Program-made: the position numbers and the translations under genes
From: Solobacterium sp.
GTDB lineage: Bacteria; Bacillota_I; Bacilli_A; Erysipelotrichales; Erysipelotrichaceae
Reading direction: 5' to 3'
DNA: 64,000 nt
NCBI GenBank assembly: GCA_017536885.1
Contig: JAFWCM010000224.1
Coordinates: 42,013 to 106,012 of the forward strand
Part shown: positions 38,118-47,467 of the stretch, piece by piece
How the letters are laid out: each line of letters begins with the position of its first letter
Numbering within the stretch: the stretch's first letter is position 1
Notes under the pieces: generated by a model
Told to the model about the DNA's origin: nothing
What the model saw: only the letters and a program-made list of their open reading frames with translations
Databases searched by the model: none

Positions 38118-38139
38118 ATTCTCTCCTTTTACCTTTGGA

Positions 38140-40062
38140 TCACTCCCGGTTAAACTCCCTTCCCGTCCTGCGCATGGATTCCGTTTCCCATGCCGGGGCA
38201 TCCTTCAGCTCCGCTTCGGTGATCTCATTTTCCCGTGTATAGTACAGATATCTCCGGCTTCTTTCCCGTCCATAGGGAAACAGGGTTTCGGAAGAAGCCC
38301 CGTCCTGAAGCAAGCGGTACGCCTCCATCAGATCCCCGAACGAAACCGAGCGGCCGCTTTCCGCAAAGGGGTGATGTTCCCCGAAGCCCTTCACCAGAAG
38401 AAGCGGATTCTGCCGGCCGATGGAACGGTCATTCTCGACATAGCCGTGATCCCCCATAATGATGATCACACTGTTGTCATAGGCTCCCGTTTTCTTCAGA
38501 AGATCCAGATACTCATGAATCAGGGTGATCGTCCCCTCTACACTGCCGATATAGGTCGGGTTTTCCTCCTCCGGGATGCGGTTGAGATCCCTGTCATATT
38601 CAAAAGGCAGATGTGCCCCCTTGGCATGGATATAGACAAACCTGCTGTCTTCTGTGGTTTCCATACCGTTCTCTTTGAAATAGTCATGGATCCGGATATT
38701 GTCCCAGGAGAAAAGATCGGCCGTACTGGCCTGATCGGCCAGACGGGCGAATACATCCGGCGTGTATTTTTTCAGCTGATACGGCATGAACATGTAGAAG
38801 GACATCCGAAGCTCGTCCTCCATAAACCGGACGGGATTCTCGATTTCAAACCGGGTGTCGGTGATATTGGTGAAGCGCAGAAAACTCCGGTCTTCGCAGA
38901 TGACCTCATTTTCATAAAGACTCATGGAATAGCCCTGCTCTTCCAGCGAGGAAAAAAGCTTTGAGTTCTTCAGCGCCGCGGTGGAGAATTCCGTAAACGA
39001 CTGCCGGTTTTCAAACCACTCCCCGCTCAGGATCAGGGGAAGTGAAAACCTCGTATAGGGATATCCTGCCAGGGTATCGGGATAATAGGTAAAATCCTCG
39101 AAGTACTCCTTATATTCCGGATCATCGGTCTCCGTCATGGTTTTGAAGGTCATCGAATCCATCGCATCCATGACAAGGATGATGAAATTCCGATTCGAAG
39201 AGACAAGATTCAGATCATCCCGCGAGATCCGGGGAGAAATCACAGAACGCCGCATGCCGTCATTCCTGACGCAGGTCACGGCAAGCGTTACGGCAAGAAT
39301 CCCCGCAACAAAAAGAGAGCCATACCCGGCAAAGGCCCAGAATTTTTTCTTCAGAAGCCTCAGAAGCACAAGGCCGATCACAAAAAAGGAGCCGTACAGA
39401 AGCAGCGACTGCAGTTCCTGTTTCCCGTACTGCGACCAGTCCGGTGCCGCGCCGCTGGTCGAAGGAAGATCAGATATCAGAATAGTGCCCTGCACATACA
39501 TTGCAAAAAACAGCCATGACCCAAGAAAAAACAGGAGATAAAAGAGCTTTTTCGAAAGCTTTCCGGAAAGGAAAAACAAGAGTGCCAGCAGGGCAAAGGC
39601 AATAAAAAACAACAGCGTGATCCAGCCGATGATATTCCGGAATTCATAATCAAATTCAATCAGGTTCGTAAAGAAGATCTGAAGCGGTTCATAGAAACAG
39701 AACATGAAGCTCAGGGAAAAGGCAAGAAACAGCGCATAGACCAGATCCGGCTTCGGTTTTTCCCGGGGCAGATCTTCTGCCGGTTCCATGAAGGGTACCG
39801 CGGTTTTGCGCAATGACCCGTCACGGGGATCGTGAAACTCCAGATCATCTCGCTCATCGTTTTTTCTGCTTTCTCCCCCGCGAAACCGCTGGCGGATCCG
39901 GCCGGCATAGACCCCGAAAAAGGTGCTCAATGCGATGACGATGCCGGCGATCGCCTGGATCGCATAGGTCATCACAGAGGGATCGATATACGCCGCCTGA
40001 ACCGGGAGCGCATAAAGAAAAAACGAAGCGGTGAGGGCGGCAAGAAGAGCCAGCCGCTTCAT
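38140..40062 (-). CDS. LtaS/EptA-like sulfatase-fold membrane phosphotransferase, paralog 3
   Basis: MKRLALLAALTASFFLYALPVQA-AYIDPSVMTYAIQAIAGIVIALST; NFIILVMDAMDS; YPYTRFSLPLILSGE; IIMGDHGY; NPLLLVKGF. Confidence 0.8.
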   Translation of the reverse strand: MKRLALLAALTASFFLYALPVQAAYIDPSVMTYAIQAIAGIVIALSTFFGVYAGRIRQRFRGGESRKNDERDDLEFHDPRDGSLRKTAVPFMEPAEDLPREKPKPDLVYALFLAFSLSFMFCFYEPLQIFFTNLIEFDYEFRNIIGWITLLFFIAFALLALLFFLSGKLSKKLFYLLFFLGSWLFFAMYVQGTILISDLPSTSGAAPDWSQYGKQELQSLLLYGSFFVIGLVLLRLLKKKFWAFAGYGSLFVAGILAVTLAVTCVRNDGMRRSVISPRISRDDLNLVSSNRNFIILVMDAMDSMTFKTMTETDDPEYKEYFEDFTYYPDTLAGYPYTRFSLPLILSGEWFENRQSFTEFSTAALKNSKLFSSLEEQGYSMSLYENEVICEDRSFLRFTNITDTRFEIENPVRFMEDELRMSFYMFMPYQLKKYTPDVFARLADQASTADLFSWDNIRIHDYFKENGMETTEDSRFVYIHAKGAHLPFEYDRDLNRIPEEENPTYIGSVEGTITLIHEYLDLLKKTGAYDNSVIIIMGDHGYVENDRSIGRQNPLLLVKGFGEHHPFAESGRSVSFGDLMEAYRLLQDGASSETLFPYGRERSRRYLYYTRENEITEAELKDAPAWETESMRRTGREFNRE

Positions 40063-40207
40063 GATCCGGATTCCTTTTTCCCTGCGGGTTCTGTTCCACA
40101 TCTCTTAACGTACAACATTATATCCCAATCATTTGAAAATCCCACGCCGAGTTCTCTTTTTTGATTCGTACACTGCCTTTGGGATTCTCGCTCTCTGTAG
40201 GGGCATA

Positions 40208-40216
40208 TGGTATACT
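40208..40216 (+). promoter_or_regulatory. Extended -10 promoter element for the plus-strand GT-C/LtaS operon
   Basis: TGgTATACT, 27 nt upstream of the GTG start at 40243, which has a GGAGG RBS. There is no good -35 box. Confidence 0.35.
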
Positions 40217-40242
40217 GAGTTCTGCCAATCCGGAGGTATACT

Positions 40243-41841
40243 GTGAGTTCAAAACGGTTCAGCAGATTCAAAGAATCCAAATTAATGTCGTATTATCCCC
40301 TGCTTCTTCTGGCGGTATTTGATCTCGCTCTTTTCTGGTATCTGAACCGGAACATCGAGCGCATGATCAATTCCGATGACGCCAGCGAACTGATGCTGGG
40401 ACGATTGCTTGCACAGGAAAACAAAATCGTCACTTCCAGCTGGTATTACTCCACGGAAGTCAGCGTTCTGAATACCAATCTCATCTATTCGATCATGTTT
40501 CGTTTCATGAACAACTGGCACTGGATCCGGATGCTTTCCATCTTCCTTCTTCATCTGATTCTCTTCGCCGGCGTCTGGTATCTTTCCAGAAGAGCCGGGG
40601 TGACGAAGTATTTTCCCTTTATCGCCTTTCCGATCATGGTACCCTTCTCCAAGGCGTATTGCCATATGGTCATCCGCAGCAACTTTTATGTCCCGTATGT
40701 CGTTCTCACCCTGCTTGGGGCTGCCTTTCTCTTCGGCTATCTCAGAGAGGAGAAAAAGCGGAAATTATATCTCGTTCTCTCCTGTCTGCTTGCGTTTTTA
40801 TCATGCACCAGCGGTCCGCGCCAGGTGATCCTGCTGTATCTTCCGATGGTGATCTGCTCGGTGCTCTTCTATGTCCTCCTTCAGTTCTTTCCCAAAGACC
40901 GCGATCCCGAGCTTATGTCCCGGTTCATCCGTCTCACGGTGCCGACCTTCCTTTCTTCCTGTGCGGGGATTGTGTTCAATATCCTGGTGGTTCAGCCGCA
41001 GGTGTATTCGTTCCGCTGGGAACTGAAATACATCTCCTTCAGCCTCGGCAATCTGATGGAAGTCATCAACGGGCTTCTGATTGATTACGGCTACCGGCTG
41101 GAAGAGGTAAACATGGAATCCACCATGATGAACGGGCTTTCCCATTTTCTCTTCTTCCTTTCGATCGCCGCGGTTGCCTACGCGCTGTTCAACCGGAAAA
41201 CCGTTTCGAAGGAGTATTACCTGTTTACGGTGCTGTACCTCTGTCAGCTGTTTGGGTTTGCCCTGCTCTATTGCTTTACCTCAATGGTGCACGATGCAAG
41301 ATACAGTCTTCCCATCATCGTGTTCTCCTTCTTTGTGATCGCTCTGTTCTTCGGGGAGACGAAATGGGGCAATGCCGGAAAGGTTCCGCTTCATATGCTC
41401 TATATCCTCTCCCTTCTTGTCCAGTCGGTTCTCTCGATGGTTTACGAGCAGAGGCTGATCTATAAAAACTGGGTCTTTGATGAGCGGATGGATATTGTTG
41501 AGATGCTTGCCGATCAGGGGTATACCAAAGGCTATGCGGCCTTCTGGGAAGGAAACATCCTGACCGAGCTGTCCAATGGAGAACTTGAGATCTGGCACTG
41601 GAATGATCCGCACACACCGGATCTTTCAAGCATGAAAGATCTGCACAAATGGCTTCAGAAGTCCTCCCATCTCGAAACACCGCCGGAGGGAAAAGTGTTC
41701 CTTCTGCTTTCCGATACCCTGCTGGAACAGTTCCCATGGAAGCAGAACCTGACCGAAGATCATCTGCTTCATGCGGATGAAATCTACGTCTACGGATATG
41801 AAAGCTTCGAGGAGATGGTCCGGCTGGTCGAAAGGTCCTGA
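40243..41841 (+). CDS. GT-C-like polytopic membrane protein, paralog family member 2
   Basis: YYPLLLLAVFDLALFWYLNRNIERMINSDDASELMLGRLL...WYYSTEVSVLNTNLIY; C-terminal GYTKGYAAFWEGNILTELSNGELEIWHW. GTG start with a GGAGG RBS. Confidence 0.55.
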   Translation: MSSKRFSRFKESKLMSYYPLLLLAVFDLALFWYLNRNIERMINSDDASELMLGRLLAQENKIVTSSWYYSTEVSVLNTNLIYSIMFRFMNNWHWIRMLSIFLLHLILFAGVWYLSRRAGVTKYFPFIAFPIMVPFSKAYCHMVIRSNFYVPYVVLTLLGAAFLFGYLREEKKRKLYLVLSCLLAFLSCTSGPRQVILLYLPMVICSVLFYVLLQFFPKDRDPELMSRFIRLTVPTFLSSCAGIVFNILVVQPQVYSFRWELKYISFSLGNLMEVINGLLIDYGYRLEEVNMESTMMNGLSHFLFFLSIAAVAYALFNRKTVSKEYYLFTVLYLCQLFGFALLYCFTSMVHDARYSLPIIVFSFFVIALFFGETKWGNAGKVPLHMLYILSLLVQSVLSMVYEQRLIYKNWVFDERMDIVEMLADQGYTKGYAAFWEGNILTELSNGELEIWHWNDPHTPDLSSMKDLHKWLQKSSHLETPPEGKVFLLLSDTLLEQFPWKQNLTEDHLLHADEIYVYGYESFEEMVRLVERS

Positions 41842-41895
41842 GCCTGTTCTCTCGTAAAAGCAAACAGGCTTTCTGCCGGGTGAATGTGTATGATA

Positions 41896-43494
41896 ATGAA
41901 ACTGTCTGAAAAATTAAGCAATTCCAAAGCCGCAAAGTTTGTCCCGCTGGTTCTTCTTGCGGTCTTTGAGCTGTGGTATTTTGTGTTTCTGAATCAGAAT
42001 ATTGACAGCCTGATCAACGCCGATGATGCCTCGGAATTACTGCTGGGAAGAATCCTGGCACAGGAACATGCGATCCTTTCACAGAGCTGGTATTATTCCA
42101 CCGAAATCCGGTTTCTCAATACCAATCTCATCTACGGTCCCCTGTTTCTCTTTCTGAAGAACTGGCACACGATCCGGATCGTTTCCCTGGTGATTCTGCA
42201 TGTTCTTCTGCTTGCCTCGTTTTATTACTTCATGCAGAGAATGGGACGCAAAGATCTGTTTCCTGCCGCTGCCCTTGCGGTCATGGTTCCTTTAACAAGA
42301 ACCTATTGCTGGGTGGTTGTCAGGATTCCGTATTATGTTCCCTACCTCATCATCTCCTGCCTGACCCTGGGATTTCTCTTTGTCTATCAGAGAAGTGCGG
42401 GAAAGAAAAAGACAGCAGTTCTCATTGGTTCCGCAGTACTGGCACTGCTTGCCTGTGCCGGCGGTGCCCGCCAGGCCATCGCTCTCTATGTTCCTCTTCT
42501 GTTCACCGCTCTGTTTTTCCTGGGGCAGTCCCTGAAAGATCCGGAAGCGGATCAGCGGGAAAGAGTCAATGATCTTCTGAAGTTTGCGGGCATCCTGTTT
42601 ATCTCTGCCTGCATCGGCTTTCTGATCAATTCTGCAGTGATGTCGAGACTGTACTCCTTCCGCTCCTGGACCTTCGGGTTTACCTTCTTCAGTACCGATC
42701 GCTTCAAGGAAGTCGTGGATGGGGTTCTCTCCTCCTTCGGCTATCATGACGGTCCGGTCACAATGAAGCGGACGCTGATGAACGCTGCCGCAATGATTCT
42801 CTTTCTTTCCACCATTCTCTCCCTGTGGTATGCGCTTGGTTCAAAAAAGAAAAGTTCGGAGCAGTACCGGTTTCTCGCTGTGTTCTATGTCTCTGCCTTT
42901 GTTGTCTTTGCCCTCTTGTATTCCATGACTTCGATGTACTATCAGTACCGCTACAATATTCCGTTCTTTATCTTTTCCTTTCCTCTGATCTGTTTCTGGA
43001 TCAGTGAATCCGATTGGTTTGCGAAGGTGAGGCCGCTCTTGACGGCTGGCTTTGTGATGGTTATGTGCCTTGGCGCTGTTTTGACCTACAACGAAGAAAG
43101 AATCGCGGTAATTATGGATGACACCAACGAGCAGCTTTCTGAAATCTCTTCGAAGCTGCTCAGCGAAAACTATACCGAAGGATATTCCGTCTACTCCTAT
43201 GCGAATATTCTCACGGAGCTTTCCGACGGAGCGATTGATGTATGGTTCTGGAATGATCCGTACCTTGCGGAAACCGAACATCTCGATGAGATCTATGAAT
43301 GGCTCCAGCCCAAGCGCCATAAGACCACCCCGCCTCAGGGAAAGGTGTTCCTTCTTCTTTCCGAAGAGAATCTTGAATCCTGTCTCTGGAAGGAACAACT
43401 GAGCGATGACCGTCTGCTTATGAGAACCGATGAACTTCTCGTCTATGGATTTGGAAGTCATGAGGAAATTGTCCGGATTCTGGAAGGTCATTGA
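41896..43494 (+). CDS. GT-C-like polytopic membrane protein, paralog family member 3
   Basis: MKLSEKLSNSKAAKFVPLVLLAVFELWYFVFLNQNIDSLINADDASELLLGRIL...WYYSTEIRFLNTNLIY; C-terminal NYTEGYSVYSYANILTELSDGAIDVWFW. Confidence 0.55.
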   Translation: MKLSEKLSNSKAAKFVPLVLLAVFELWYFVFLNQNIDSLINADDASELLLGRILAQEHAILSQSWYYSTEIRFLNTNLIYGPLFLFLKNWHTIRIVSLVILHVLLLASFYYFMQRMGRKDLFPAAALAVMVPLTRTYCWVVVRIPYYVPYLIISCLTLGFLFVYQRSAGKKKTAVLIGSAVLALLACAGGARQAIALYVPLLFTALFFLGQSLKDPEADQRERVNDLLKFAGILFISACIGFLINSAVMSRLYSFRSWTFGFTFFSTDRFKEVVDGVLSSFGYHDGPVTMKRTLMNAAAMILFLSTILSLWYALGSKKKSSEQYRFLAVFYVSAFVVFALLYSMTSMYYQYRYNIPFFIFSFPLICFWISESDWFAKVRPLLTAGFVMVMCLGAVLTYNEERIAVIMDDTNEQLSEISSKLLSENYTEGYSVYSYANILTELSDGAIDVWFWNDPYLAETEHLDEIYEWLQPKRHKTTPPQGKVFLLLSEENLESCLWKEQLSDDRLLMRTDELLVYGFGSHEEIVRILEGH

Positions 43495-43557
43495 CCTGCT
43501 CAGAACACGTGAAAAATCCCAAAACAGGAAACAACTGGTGATAAAATAATAGTCGCT

Positions 43558-45516
43558 ATGAAACGGACGAAGGTTTTCTTTTTCTGCGGTTACTATATCC
43601 TCTGTTTTTTTGTTTTACAGACCGTTGATGTCAAAGCAGCCTACATTGATCCCTCGGTGATGACCTATGCGATCCAGGCACTGGCTGGCGTTGCGATCGG
43701 ACTTGGGACGTTTTTCGGTCTCTACTGGAACCGCATCCGGAAAACCGTGCTTGGACCCCTGGCGGAAGAGGAGAAGGAAAAGGAAAGCGATCTTCTCGAA
43801 TTCAGCGATCCGAAAACCGGAACAGTACGCTCCCTGCACGAGGAAAAAGCATCCCCGCAGGCGGAGAAGAAACCGGGGGATCCGCACTTTCACAACGCCA
43901 TGCTTTTATGCCTGGCTTTGAGTTTCCTGCTGTTTTTCTATACCCCTTTGAACCTGTTTTTTACCAATATCAATGAATTCCGATATGATCTCCATGCCTT
44001 CGGCGGCTGGATCGTTCTTCTGTTTCTGATCGGATTTCTTCTGACTGCCGCAGTCTTCCTTCTGTTTTATCGGCTGGGAAAAAAGCCCTTTCTCTTTCTT
44101 CTTGCCTTTGCGATGAGCGCTTTAGTCGCTTTCTATGTGCAGAACAGCTTTCTCAACGGCACCCTGCCGCCGGCTGACGGCAGTCCGGTTGACTGGAATA
44201 AATACACCCTCGAGTCCCTGCAGTCCCTGTTTCTATGGGTGTTGAGCATCTGGATCAGCTTTGGACTTCTGAGAAAAAACAGACGGTATTTTGCGATCTA
44301 TGTGAGGCTGGGGTCCGTGTTTATCCTTCTTCTGCTGGTCTGTACGCTTTCCATCTCCGCTTATTTCAGCCATGGCTTAGCACGGAAACAGACGATCTCC
44401 GTAACCAAAGACAACCTCAACATGATGTCAGAGGACAAAAACTTCATCATCCTCGTACTGGATGCGGTGGACGCTCATGCCTTCTCGAAGCAGCTGGAAA
44501 CCACCGATCCGGAATACAGAGAATACTTTGAGGATTTCACCTATTATCCCGATACCCTCTCCGCCTATCCCTATACCACCACGGCAATTCCGCAAATCAT
44601 CACGGGACAGTGGTATGAATGCCAGAAGGACTACCGGCAGTATTTTGCGGATGCGATCAAAACCTCTGAGTTTCTGAACACCCTGCGAAAGGAGAATTAT
44701 ATCGGCGGCATGTATGACAGCACCGACTTCCTCTATGATGATCCGGTGATGTATCAGTATGAGAATATCCATGAGCTCCCCTACAGCATCAACAATCCCT
44801 ATTCGTTTTTGATGGATGAGCTTTCGGTCATCTATTATCTCAACATGCCTTACCCGTTAAAGAAATACCGGGAAAACGCAGTGTATCACCTGCAGACCCG
44901 CAACGCCGGAAATCCCCGCTATTTCGAATGGTACAACGATGAGTTCTACCGGTATCTGCAGGAAACCCCCATTGCGTCAAGAAGCGAGAAAACCTTCAAG
45001 TTCATTCATCTTGAAGGGGCGCATCCCTTCTACCGTCTGGATAAGAATCTCAATGACATCCGCAAAACCGGCAATCCGGATTATTACACCTCATTGGAAG
45101 GTGCGATGACCGCCGCGGATACCTATCTGAAAAAGCTGAAGGAAGCCGGGGTATACGACAACAGTGTCATCCTGATCATGGCCGATCACGGCTTCCCCGA
45201 CGGCAATGACTGCAACGCAAGGCACAACCCACTGTTTCTGATCAAGGGCTTTGGCGAACATCATCCCTTTGCGGTTTCGGATCAGCCGATGAGCTATGCC
45301 TGGCTGCCGGAAATCTATCAGAATCTGCTCGAAGGGGCATCCGGAGGAGAAGTCCTGCAATATGATCCCGAACAGGAAAACGTGCGCAGATACCTCTGGC
45401 ATGACTACAACGACTTCAGCTATATGGAGGAATATGTTCTGAAAAACCGGACAGCCGCAGAGGAAGACGCACTGGAAAAAACAGGCGTCACCTATTCCCG
45501 CACTCCGCAGAAGTGA
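43558..45516 (+). CDS. LtaS/EptA-like sulfatase-fold membrane phosphotransferase, paralog 4
   Basis: MKRTKVFFFCGYYILCFFVLQTVDVKA-AYIDPSVMTYAIQALAGVAIGLGT; NFIILVLDAVDA; YPYTTTAIPQIITGQ; LIMADHGF; NPLFLIKGF. Confidence 0.8.
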   Translation: MKRTKVFFFCGYYILCFFVLQTVDVKAAYIDPSVMTYAIQALAGVAIGLGTFFGLYWNRIRKTVLGPLAEEEKEKESDLLEFSDPKTGTVRSLHEEKASPQAEKKPGDPHFHNAMLLCLALSFLLFFYTPLNLFFTNINEFRYDLHAFGGWIVLLFLIGFLLTAAVFLLFYRLGKKPFLFLLAFAMSALVAFYVQNSFLNGTLPPADGSPVDWNKYTLESLQSLFLWVLSIWISFGLLRKNRRYFAIYVRLGSVFILLLLVCTLSISAYFSHGLARKQTISVTKDNLNMMSEDKNFIILVLDAVDAHAFSKQLETTDPEYREYFEDFTYYPDTLSAYPYTTTAIPQIITGQWYECQKDYRQYFADAIKTSEFLNTLRKENYIGGMYDSTDFLYDDPVMYQYENIHELPYSINNPYSFLMDELSVIYYLNMPYPLKKYRENAVYHLQTRNAGNPRYFEWYNDEFYRYLQETPIASRSEKTFKFIHLEGAHPFYRLDKNLNDIRKTGNPDYYTSLEGAMTAADTYLKKLKEAGVYDNSVILIMADHGFPDGNDCNARHNPLFLIKGFGEHHPFAVSDQPMSYAWLPEIYQNLLEGASGGEVLQYDPEQENVRRYLWHDYNDFSYMEEYVLKNRTAAEEDALEKTGVTYSRTPQK

Positions 45517-45559
45517 TCCCGGGCATGGATCTTTCTCCTCTTCGGGCAGCAGAGGTATT

Positions 45560-45823
45560 ATGGAATATAGGCTCTATGAAGAAAAGACCGATAATGATAT
45601 GATTTTCATTGAACGAAATAAGGCGCTCAGCAGAGATATGACCGGGCAGAAGCCGGATGTACTCGAAACGGCTCTGGGCGCAAAGAGCAATCGTATTGTT
45701 AAGAAAGCTCTGACGGAGGTTGTTCCTGCATACCACACGCCGGAAGAGAAAAGAGCGGCGGCAGGAATGGCATCTGGCGATTATCCTGAACATAGAACAG
45801 GAAAAAACTGCAAGCAGATTTGA
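45560..45823 (+). CDS. Hypothetical ORF (87 aa), doubtful
   Basis: An open frame only. No recognisable motif and no clear RBS. It lies in an AT-richer segment. Confidence 0.15.
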   Translation: MEYRLYEEKTDNDMIFIERNKALSRDMTGQKPDVLETALGAKSNRIVKKALTEVVPAYHTPEEKRAAAGMASGDYPEHRTGKNCKQI

Positions 45824-45836
45824 GGAGGCGCAGAAC

Positions 45837-46433
45837 ATGGGGATTCGAAGAATCATAAATTTACCGGCAGAGAAGATGAATCAGATCACTAATCGATTGA
45901 TACTGAAAATGAAAGGGATTTCTGTTCCCAGGACTCTCAGGACAAATGGTCGGATTCGCTTCTATATCGGAAAAGGTGCTCAAATAAAGATTGGAGACGA
46001 AGTGGTGATTACTTCTTCCATCGATGAAAATCACGGGGGCGGAAAACACGATAAAACAATAATCTGTTTATTAGATAACACAAAATTAACGATTGGAGAC
46101 AGATCCGGAATATCGAACTCAACGATATATGTCACGGAATCAATTACGATAGGAAATGATGTTAATATTGGAGTGGACACCTGTATCTGGGACGGTGATG
46201 GGCATTCCTTAAAGTATAATGAACGTATCCAGCGACCGGAAACCGGAATGAGGTCTGCTCCGGTTGTCATTAAGGATGGAGTGTTTATTGGTGGAAATTG
46301 TATGATATTGAAAGGCGTTACGATCGGAGAACGCAGCGTTATCGCTGCTGGCTCTGTAGTGACAAAGGATGTCCCTGCGGATCAGGTGTGGGGGGGTTCA
46401 CCGGCTCGTTTCATAAAAAATTTAAACAATTAA
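45837..46433 (+). CDS. Hexapeptide-repeat acetyltransferase (WbbJ/maltose O-acetyltransferase-like)
   Basis: IGNDVNIGVDTCIWDGDGH...VVIKDGVFIGGNCMILKGVTIGERSVIAAGSVVTKDVPADQVWGGSPARFI. GAGGAGG RBS with an 8-nt spacer. Confidence 0.8.
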   Translation: MGIRRIINLPAEKMNQITNRLILKMKGISVPRTLRTNGRIRFYIGKGAQIKIGDEVVITSSIDENHGGGKHDKTIICLLDNTKLTIGDRSGISNSTIYVTESITIGNDVNIGVDTCIWDGDGHSLKYNERIQRPETGMRSAPVVIKDGVFIGGNCMILKGVTIGERSVIAAGSVVTKDVPADQVWGGSPARFIKNLNN

Positions 46434-46564
46434 GGCTCACACACATCGCGTCGAAGAGAACGATAAAAATGCACCCAACACAAGGGGGCAGATGAGAACC
46501 GTTGATTTCCTTTGTGTTTTCACTTCAGTTTATCGGACTGATACGTATCATCTCCGACAACAGA

Positions 46565-46615
46565 CAACCGGGGTTCGTGAACCATATGGATCACGAACCC
46601 CGGTTGTTTTATTTC
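46565..46615. terminator. Strong bidirectional intrinsic terminator
   Basis: A perfect 16-bp stem CAACCGGGGTTCGTGA-accatatgga-TCACGAACCCCGGTTG followed by TTTTATTT. It sits between convergent genes. Confidence 0.75.
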
Positions 46616-46648
46616 ATAGACGGCAAGCCCCGTCCATTCTGAGTACCA

Positions 46649-47467
46649 TTATTTTCCGGCAATCATTTTGATATACGGGCTCAGGGAATACACCACCGCT
46701 GTCGGCAGGGAGAAGTTGCGGTGCAGATAATAGAAATACTCCCGGAAAGGAAGGCCTTTGACGCTTTCCTTTTTCTGAAGGCGGACGGCCAGCGGCAGGG
46801 AGCTGTCAAGCCAGCTGTTCTCCTTCTTTGTCTCATCGTTGCAGATACCGGCAAACTGGCTTGGGACCATGATGTCATAGCCGGCCCGGGTGATGCCGAA
46901 GCCATACTCGTAATCCCCGAAAGAATGACGGTAGATCTTCGGGATATTCGGCACTGCCATGAAGATCTTCCAGGGGATCAGCACACAGTTGCCGTTCAGC
47001 GTTTCGCACTTTACCCCTGCCTCATCCTCTGCCAGGAGATGCGTGTATTTCGGAACAAACCGGCTCTTGCGGCTGACGCCGCTGTAGATATGGCTTCCCT
47101 TCTCATTGCGGGTCGGTCCCACCCAGACAACATCATCCCGCTTTTCGGCAAGGTATTCGATGCAGTGGGGAAAAAAGCGCACATCGTCATTGAACATCAG
47201 GCAGTAGTCATACCCCCTGTCATCCCGCTTCTTGGCTTCCTCAATGGCCCAGCGCATCCCGCCGGAATAATAGAGACTGCCGTCTCCCTCAAGCACCGTG
47301 ACGTGATCCAATTCCTTCAGCGCTTCTCTGGTGCCGTCGGTGGAGCCGTCATCGACAATCAGGAACTCAAAGGAGAGTGACGGATTGCCTTCCGTAAGGG
47401 CAGTGACCGCACTGACCGTCTTTTCCTTTCGGTTGAAACAGGCCGCAAGACCCAGTACCTTCTTCAT
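46649..47467 (-). CDS. GT2 glycosyltransferase
   Basis: FEFLIVDDGSTDGT...CLMFNDDVRFFP (DxD context), 272 aa. Confidence 0.8.
   Translation of the reverse strand: MKKVLGLAACFNRKEKTVSAVTALTEGNPSLSFEFLIVDDGSTDGTREALKELDHVTVLEGDGSLYYSGGMRWAIEEAKKRDDRGYDYCLMFNDDVRFFPHCIEYLAEKRDDVVWVGPTRNEKGSHIYSGVSRKSRFVPKYTHLLAEDEAGVKCETLNGNCVLIPWKIFMAVPNIPKIYRHSFGDYEYGFGITRAGYDIMVPSQFAGICNDETKKENSWLDSSLPLAVRLQKKESVKGLPFREYFYYLHRNFSLPTAVVYSLSPYIKMIAGK

Noticed and set aside
40209-40249. Direct repeat GGTATACTGAGTTC / GGTATACTGTGAGTTC, 25 nt apart, in front of GT-C-like paralog 2.
   Set aside because: The first copy coincides with the extended -10 box, and the second spans the RBS spacer and the GTG start. At 14-16 nt it could be chance. 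I cannot support a regulator site from sequence alone.
45560-45823. An 87-codon ORF between LtaS-like 4 and the acetyltransferase gene.
   Set aside because: It has no RBS, no motif and no hydrophobic segment. I kept it only as a very low-confidence feature. It may be non-coding spacer within the AT-rich islet.
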